This document shows positions 62,740 through 64,000 of a DNA stretch of 64,000 nucleotides, piece by piece; within the stretch, counting starts at the first letter, position 1, and every line of letters begins with the position of its first letter. Both the position numbers and the translations under genes were made by a program. The DNA lies in contig NC_087437.1 of NCBI RefSeq assembly GCF_036321535.1, forward strand, positions 24,864,001-24,928,000, in the 5' to 3' direction. The notes beneath the pieces are model-generated. The model ran no database searches and was not told the DNA's origin. It saw only the letters and a list, made by a program, of their open reading frames with translations. The DNA comes from Camelus dromedarius. Taxonomy: Eukaryota.

Positions 62740-64000
62740 AAAAATGTGAAGAAAAATACAATTTAACCCTAATAAAAGCTATTGCCAATAAAGTGACGTA
62801 CTCCAACAGAAATTGAGGGCACATGAGAAAGAAAAATGTGGTCTCAAAACTGATGGGAACTCTAACACAATATTTCAAAGTAAGATAAAGAAAATACTAG
62901 AAGTTTTGGAAGAATAGCACAAGTAAGAAATTCAAAATCTCAGAAATTATGCAGCTGGATGACAGAAATATATGAAAAGAGACAAATACCAAAAATGAAT
63001 TGGAGAAGGAAAATAAAACATTTAGAAATAGAACTAGAATAAGTGGAACATGAAAATGAATAGAAACCAGAAAAGGCACTGTAATAGAAGATACATAGCT
63101 AATAAATTTAAAAAATAAAATAAAACCAAAAATGTAAAGATATTAAAAAGATTTGAAAAGCTGTTGTAGAAAACCTGCAGAGTTGATCAAATATGCGTTT
63201 AATCATTGTTCTTAAAGATGGACGCTAAAGCAATGGAACAGAAAATAATTATTTAAAACCACAATTCAACAAAACTTTTCTGGAAAAATAAGAATTCATT
63301 CCACTAAAATTTTCTATTATCTGTGTTCATGGAACTAGTGCAATCAATACCAAGACACAGCATAGCAAAACTATTAGACTTTAAAGATAAGAAAAAAATT
63401 ATCTTTGGAAATCCAGACACACTCCCACCTCCATCCCTACACCTACCCTAGGACACATGTAGAAATCAAGTAACAAATAAGGGAAAGAAAATGAAAATAG
63501 CATCAAATTTCTCAGCAGCAACATTTTAAGCTACAAAACAATGACATAACATAGTTAAAGTACTCAAAAAAAAAAAAAAGGAAATATGACCCAAGGTTTT
63601 TATACCCTGCTAAATGTCCTTTTAGTTCAGAGGCTACAAAAAGTTATAAACATGCAATACATGAAAGAATTTATTCTGATAACCTTTTATGAGGAATCCG
63701 CCACAGAAAGAGTTTCAGAAAAACATGTTATCTGGAGAAGCTTTTTCATAAAGTCTGGAGGTGTGGCAGTAATTATTTAAGACCTAGAAGATGAAGATAA
63801 GAATGTCAAAATACTGTGTGCATATTATAGGCTCTGATGTTGGAGAAAAATGCAGCTAATTAAAAAATGAAAGAAAAGGTAGAGCAAATGGAGACTAGAA
63901 CGAACGTGCTGACTGACCCACTGGTATTAGGAGTGAAAAAACTACTTAAGAGTGATAAATGAAGAACTTGCAACTTGAGTATATTTTGCTCAACAGGCAT
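62740..64000 (+). mobile_element. Old L1 ORF1 region, decayed; may run off the window
   Basis: A-rich, with colinear remnants of ORF1 motifs: NIR.IGVPE-like (~63190), TPRHII-like (~63347), DFS..T-like (~63500), PRILYPAKLS-like (~63590). Confidence 0.75.

Noticed and set aside
62740..64000. Coiled-coil coding gene
   Set aside because: Multiple stops and frameshifts; the motifs match a decayed L1 ORF1

Overview
AT-rich mammalian genomic DNA with no supportable protein-coding gene, rRNA, intact tRNA or CRISPR array. Five copies of a young tRNA-derived SINE, four with an AAACCTAATTACCTCC-type tail, resemble the camelid SINE family as I recall it, so the source is probably a camel or alpaca relative (inference). 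Much of the window is recognisable eutherian interspersed repeat: L2, MIR, MaLR LTRs (MLT1), an MLT2 end, ERV1-type LTRs (MER34-like, MER31-like), hAT-Charlie MITEs (MER5, MER20, Charlie1-derived), Tigger/mariner MITEs (MER8-like, MADE2), L1 fragments and microsatellites. The listed ORFs are chance or repeat-derived; only two overlap a real coding relic, an L1 ORF2 fragment. The most gene-like signal is a largely repeat-free, locally CpG-retaining block at about 9.4-12.1 kb. It has plus-strand splice donors and acceptors, including a possible 7-nt microexon. Together with mostly antisense L1s, this suggests an alternative promoter or 5' exon cluster of an unidentified plus-strand gene followed by a long intron. 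Structural oddities include an LTR end with an inverted copy bracketed by 32-bp direct repeats, a twin-primed inverted L1, a tailless L1 ORF2 insertion and a decayed tRNA-like head. I found no convincing previously undescribed biological system. Repeat family names come from recalled consensus sequences and boundaries are approximate.
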